The position numbers and the translations under genes were made by a program. The notes beneath the pieces were generated by a model, which was not told where the DNA came from, did no database searches, and saw only the letters and a program-made list of their open reading frames with translations. Shown piece by piece: positions 35,941-39,408 of a stretch of 39,408 bases of DNA (position 1 is the stretch's first letter; each line of letters opens with the position of its first letter). Origin of the DNA: Chiloscyllium plagiosum (Eukaryota); the NCBI RefSeq assembly GCF_004010195.1, contig NC_057754.1, positions 10,154,385 to 10,193,792 of the forward strand, in the 5' to 3' direction.

Positions 35941-37424
35941 CCGGTCTGGATTTGACAGGGTTAAGCTGATAGGGGTATTGTTTTATTGGAGCAGTATTCC
36001 CTATATCTAGTTCATATGCAAAGACATTAATCCTCCCCATCTGATTCTTACATATGCCCTTATAATGCAATAACAAATCTTTCAACTGCGTTCTATGCTC
36101 CTGAGACAGATAGCTTACAAACCTATCCCACTCCTCAAAGATTTATTTTTTTAATCTATTTTGAGGCACCTCAAAATCCACATCATCTGGATTTGATTCC
36201 TCACTAACTAACACCTGTTTCTCCAGTTCTTTCTCTCCAGTATAATAAATTTCAACATGTTCACATGACATACTCAATACCTTTTTTTCCTACCTGGTAT
36301 CTTTACTAAATAGTTCACCTGACTCAACTTTTTGTCAATTTGATAGGGACCACTAAACCTGGCTTTGAAGGGATCTCCTGTCACTGGTAACTGTACTAAC
36401 ACGTTAACCCCTTGGGAAAACATCCATGTCTCAGAGCTTTTATCTGCCACCTGCTTCATTCTATGCTGTGCCCTCCTTAGGTGCTGTTTAGCTAATTCAT
36501 CTATTCAGTTTAATCTCTCCCTCACCGCTGATACATAATCTAAGTGTGAGATCTCAGACTTTGGTCCAGTCAATTTTTCTTTAATTTCAAAGGGCCTCTC
36601 ATTTCATGCCCGAATATTAATTCGAAGGGAGTAAATGGAGTAGATTCATTTGGGGCATCTCTAATGGCAAACCATACGAATGGGATCCCTTTATCCCAAT
36701 CATTCGGGTAATCCTGACAGTATGCTCTCAACACGGTCTTCAAGGTCTGGTGCCACCTTTCTAAAGCTCCCTGGGATTCAGGATGATACACACTGGATTT
36801 AAAGAGCTGTATACCTAAGCTATCCATAACCTCCTTAAACAGCCTAGTGGTAAAATTTGACCCTTGTTCCAACTGAATCTCTCTAGATAGCCCATACAAT
36901 GTGAAGAAAACTACTAACTCCTCTACCACTGTTTTGCCTTAATACTCTGTAATGGAATTGCTCCATCTGGGAGACACATCCATTATGGTTAACAAATACT
37001 GGTTCCTACTTTTAGTTCTTGGGAGGGGTCCTACACAATCAATTATAACCCGCATGAAAGGTTCTTCAAATGCGGGAATTGGCAACAAAGGGGCTGGTTT
37101 TATTCCCGCCTGTGGCTTACCTACCATTTGCCATGTATGACACGTACAGCAAACGTTAACCACATCCTTGTGAAATCCAGGCCAATAAAAATGTTTTTGT
37201 ACCTTAGCATGAGTCTTTCGTACCCCTAGGTGACCTCCTACAGGTAGTTCCTGTAACACTTCCTGTCTGTATGCTACCAGCATCACAATCTGGTGCACTT
37301 TGGCCCATTTCTCCTCTGCAATCACCTGCTCTGGTCTCCATTTCCGCCTTACGATTCTATCTTTCAGAAAACAACCCTCCAGAATATGCTCTGCCTCCTT
37401 TTCAGAGTACATATCCATATACAT

Positions 37425-37676
37425 GGTGGGCGGCACGGTGGTATGTGGGCGGCACGGTGGCACAGTGGTTAGCACAGCTGCCTCACAGCGCCAGAGACCC
37501 GGGTTCAAGTTTCCTCCCACAGTCCAAAGATGTGTAGGTCAGGTGAATTGGCCATGCTAAATAGCCCGTAGTGTTAGGTAAGGGGTAAATGTAGGGGTAT
37601 GGGTAGGTTGCGCTTCGGTGGGTCGGTGTGGACTTGTTGGGCCGAAGGGCCTGTTTCCACACTGTAATCTAATCTA
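37425..37676 (+). mobile_element. HE1-type SINE, internally deleted, in the Gypsy integrase region
   Basis: Head and tail match 23216-23533; internal deletion after the B box; 6-bp TSD atacat. Confidence 0.9.
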
Positions 37677-39090
37677 ATACATACGTTTTATTGTCTTGTC
37701 TTGCTGTTGCAAGTCTCTTAGCCTTTCAGGACTAAACACTTCTGTCTGACCCTCTACCTGTTCAGGTTTTCCCTGCACCATTACATCAAACAGGGTATCC
37801 GCTAACTGAACCTCAACTCCTTCATCTCTCTCTCTTTACCTTTCACTTCGTGCAGTGACTTATGATATTGGGATCTGGTTCACACACAGTCTGGGAAAAT
37901 ACCAGGATATTTCTGTTTTAACCCCTCAGTTTCTTGGGCTTCCTTGGGCTTCTCTACAACAAAGGGTGTCACTCCCACCTTGGATCCTGCCAAATCATTC
38001 CCAAAAACAAAATGAATTCCTGGAACTGACACTCTGTCAATCACTCCCACTGTTACTTCCCCAATCTTGAGTTGGCACTCCAACCTGACCTTAAATAGGG
38101 GAATGCTAAATTTCTGTCCATCTATCCCACAAATTATCACACTCTCGGTAACAGATCAGAAGGAGTGCATATTCGCTCATCCCTTACTATCAGCAACTGG
38201 TTAAATCCTGTATCTCTCAAAATTATAACTTCTTGCCTTTCTCCCCCTGTTCTTTCAGAATAAACTTTACCCACAGAGGTGAGTTCTTTGTCGAGATCAG
38301 GTACTAACTCCATACCCAGCCCTGCCTAGACTGTGCACCGTCCTGCAGCTCCTCAGCTCTTCTTGGGGTCTCCTTTACTACCTTCACTAATGCCACTAGC
38401 TTCACTTCTTTTACCACACCTTTTCCCACAGTGCCTTTCTTTAATGATCAGCACTGTGTCCTTACGTGTCCCACTTTAACACAGTGGTAACACTTGAGGC
38501 CTTTCACCTCCTTTCCACCCTCTTGGGCTTTTTTTTTATCCTGTGGTAAAATCTTACCAGTGTTGTCTACTCTTGGTTAAGTAGTGTACGATCTCCTCTT
38601 CTCCCAACTCCTATCCCTAACAGGACAAATTTCTGGCCTGAAGCTTGTATTAGGCACCAACATGTACTCACCTGCTAATTCTGCTGCCCTTTTCACTTCC
38701 TGAACTTTCTGTCCCTCCATTTGAATTCTTACCATCTCTGGAAGTGAGTTTTTAAACTCCTCCAGCAGAATAATCTCTCTTAGAGCCTCAAGTGTCCTAT
38801 CTATTTTTAAAGCACGTATCCATCGATTAAAATGACTATGTTTAATTCTTTGGACCTAACTCCTTCTTAATGTTTCTGAACCACTGTCAGTATGCTTCTG
38901 ATACCAATTCACAAGCACTTAAAACAGCCTGTTTAACCTCTTCATAATCTCTTGACCGCTCATCTGACAGTGCGGCAAATACCTCACACACTCTGCCTAA
39001 CAGTTCAGTCTGAACAAGCATTACCCATAAATCCTTGGACCACTCCATCTGCCTAGCCAATTTGTCAAATGAAAGAAAGAAGGCTTCAAC

Positions 39091-39408
39091 ATAGAATCAT
39101 AGAGCTGTAAAGCATGGAAACAGACCATTCGGTCCAACTCATCCATACTGACCAGATATCCCAACCCAAACTAGTCCCACCTGCCAGCACCCGGCCCATA
39201 TCCGTACAAACCCTTCCTATTCATATACCCATCCAAATGCCTCTTAAATGTTGCAATTGTACGAGCCTCCACCACATCCTCTGGCAACTCATTCCATACA
39301 CGTACCACCCTCTGAGTGGAAAAGTTGCCCCTTAAGTCTCTTTTATATCTTTCCCCTCTCACCCTAAACCTATGCCCTCTAGTTCTGGACTCCCTGACCC
39401 CAGGGAAA
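39091..39408 (-). mobile_element. Young CR1/HER1 3' end inserted in Gypsy gag
   Basis: ORF 39171-39362 has RGNFSTQRVVRVWNELPEDVVEA..FKRHLD; runs off the window edge. Confidence 0.95.

Larger units (their letters stand above)
33768..39090 (-). mobile_element. Gmr1-like Ty3/Gypsy LTR retrotransposon (gag-PR-INT-RT-RH-PPT-3'LTR), degenerate
   Basis: Gag knuckle CYHCVKVGHVRTQC; protease ILRDTG (~38206-23); integrase GHLG..CxxC, IIDCVGPLP, QGSNF, YHPESQGALER, GPY; RT PKPDG..FCMDYWKVN; RNase H TIDAGDIGVGAIL..YFSK..ADAL. Confidence 0.95.

Noticed and set aside
1..39408. CRISPR arrays, prokaryotic operons or rRNA
   Set aside because: No regularly spaced repeat-spacer structure or rRNA similarity was seen; the content is vertebrate repeats.

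Overview
Repeat-dense vertebrate genomic DNA, most likely shark. This is inferred from HE1-type SINEs, CR1/HER1-type LINEs sharing their 3' tail, and shark-style C2H2 zinc-finger sequence. I see no intact protein-coding gene; the listed ORFs are fragments of decayed transposons or of a C2H2 zinc-finger pseudo-exon. Transposable elements: many CR1 fragments, two Rex1/Babar-like LINE 3' ends, a Penelope-like GIY-YIG fragment, and a nested pair of TA-flanked MITEs. There are also short Penelope-type inserts with minimal hammerhead-ribozyme motifs and two minus-strand Ty3/Gypsy elements, one with the Gmr1-like PR-INT-RT-RH order. Between the repeats (about 3.5-20.3 kb) lies a fossil tRNA gene cluster: 3 iMet, 3 Pro (two with an 18-nt insert at the canonical intron position), Arg-TCT and His relics. 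The most striking object is a near-intact tRNA-Arg(ACG) with a short leader and a TTT-ending trailer, fused to a HE1 SINE. The pair is bracketed by a 5-bp direct repeat inside a Gypsy LTR and is a candidate pre-tRNA/SINE chimeric retrocopy. All alignments were done by eye, and boundaries of old repeats are approximate.
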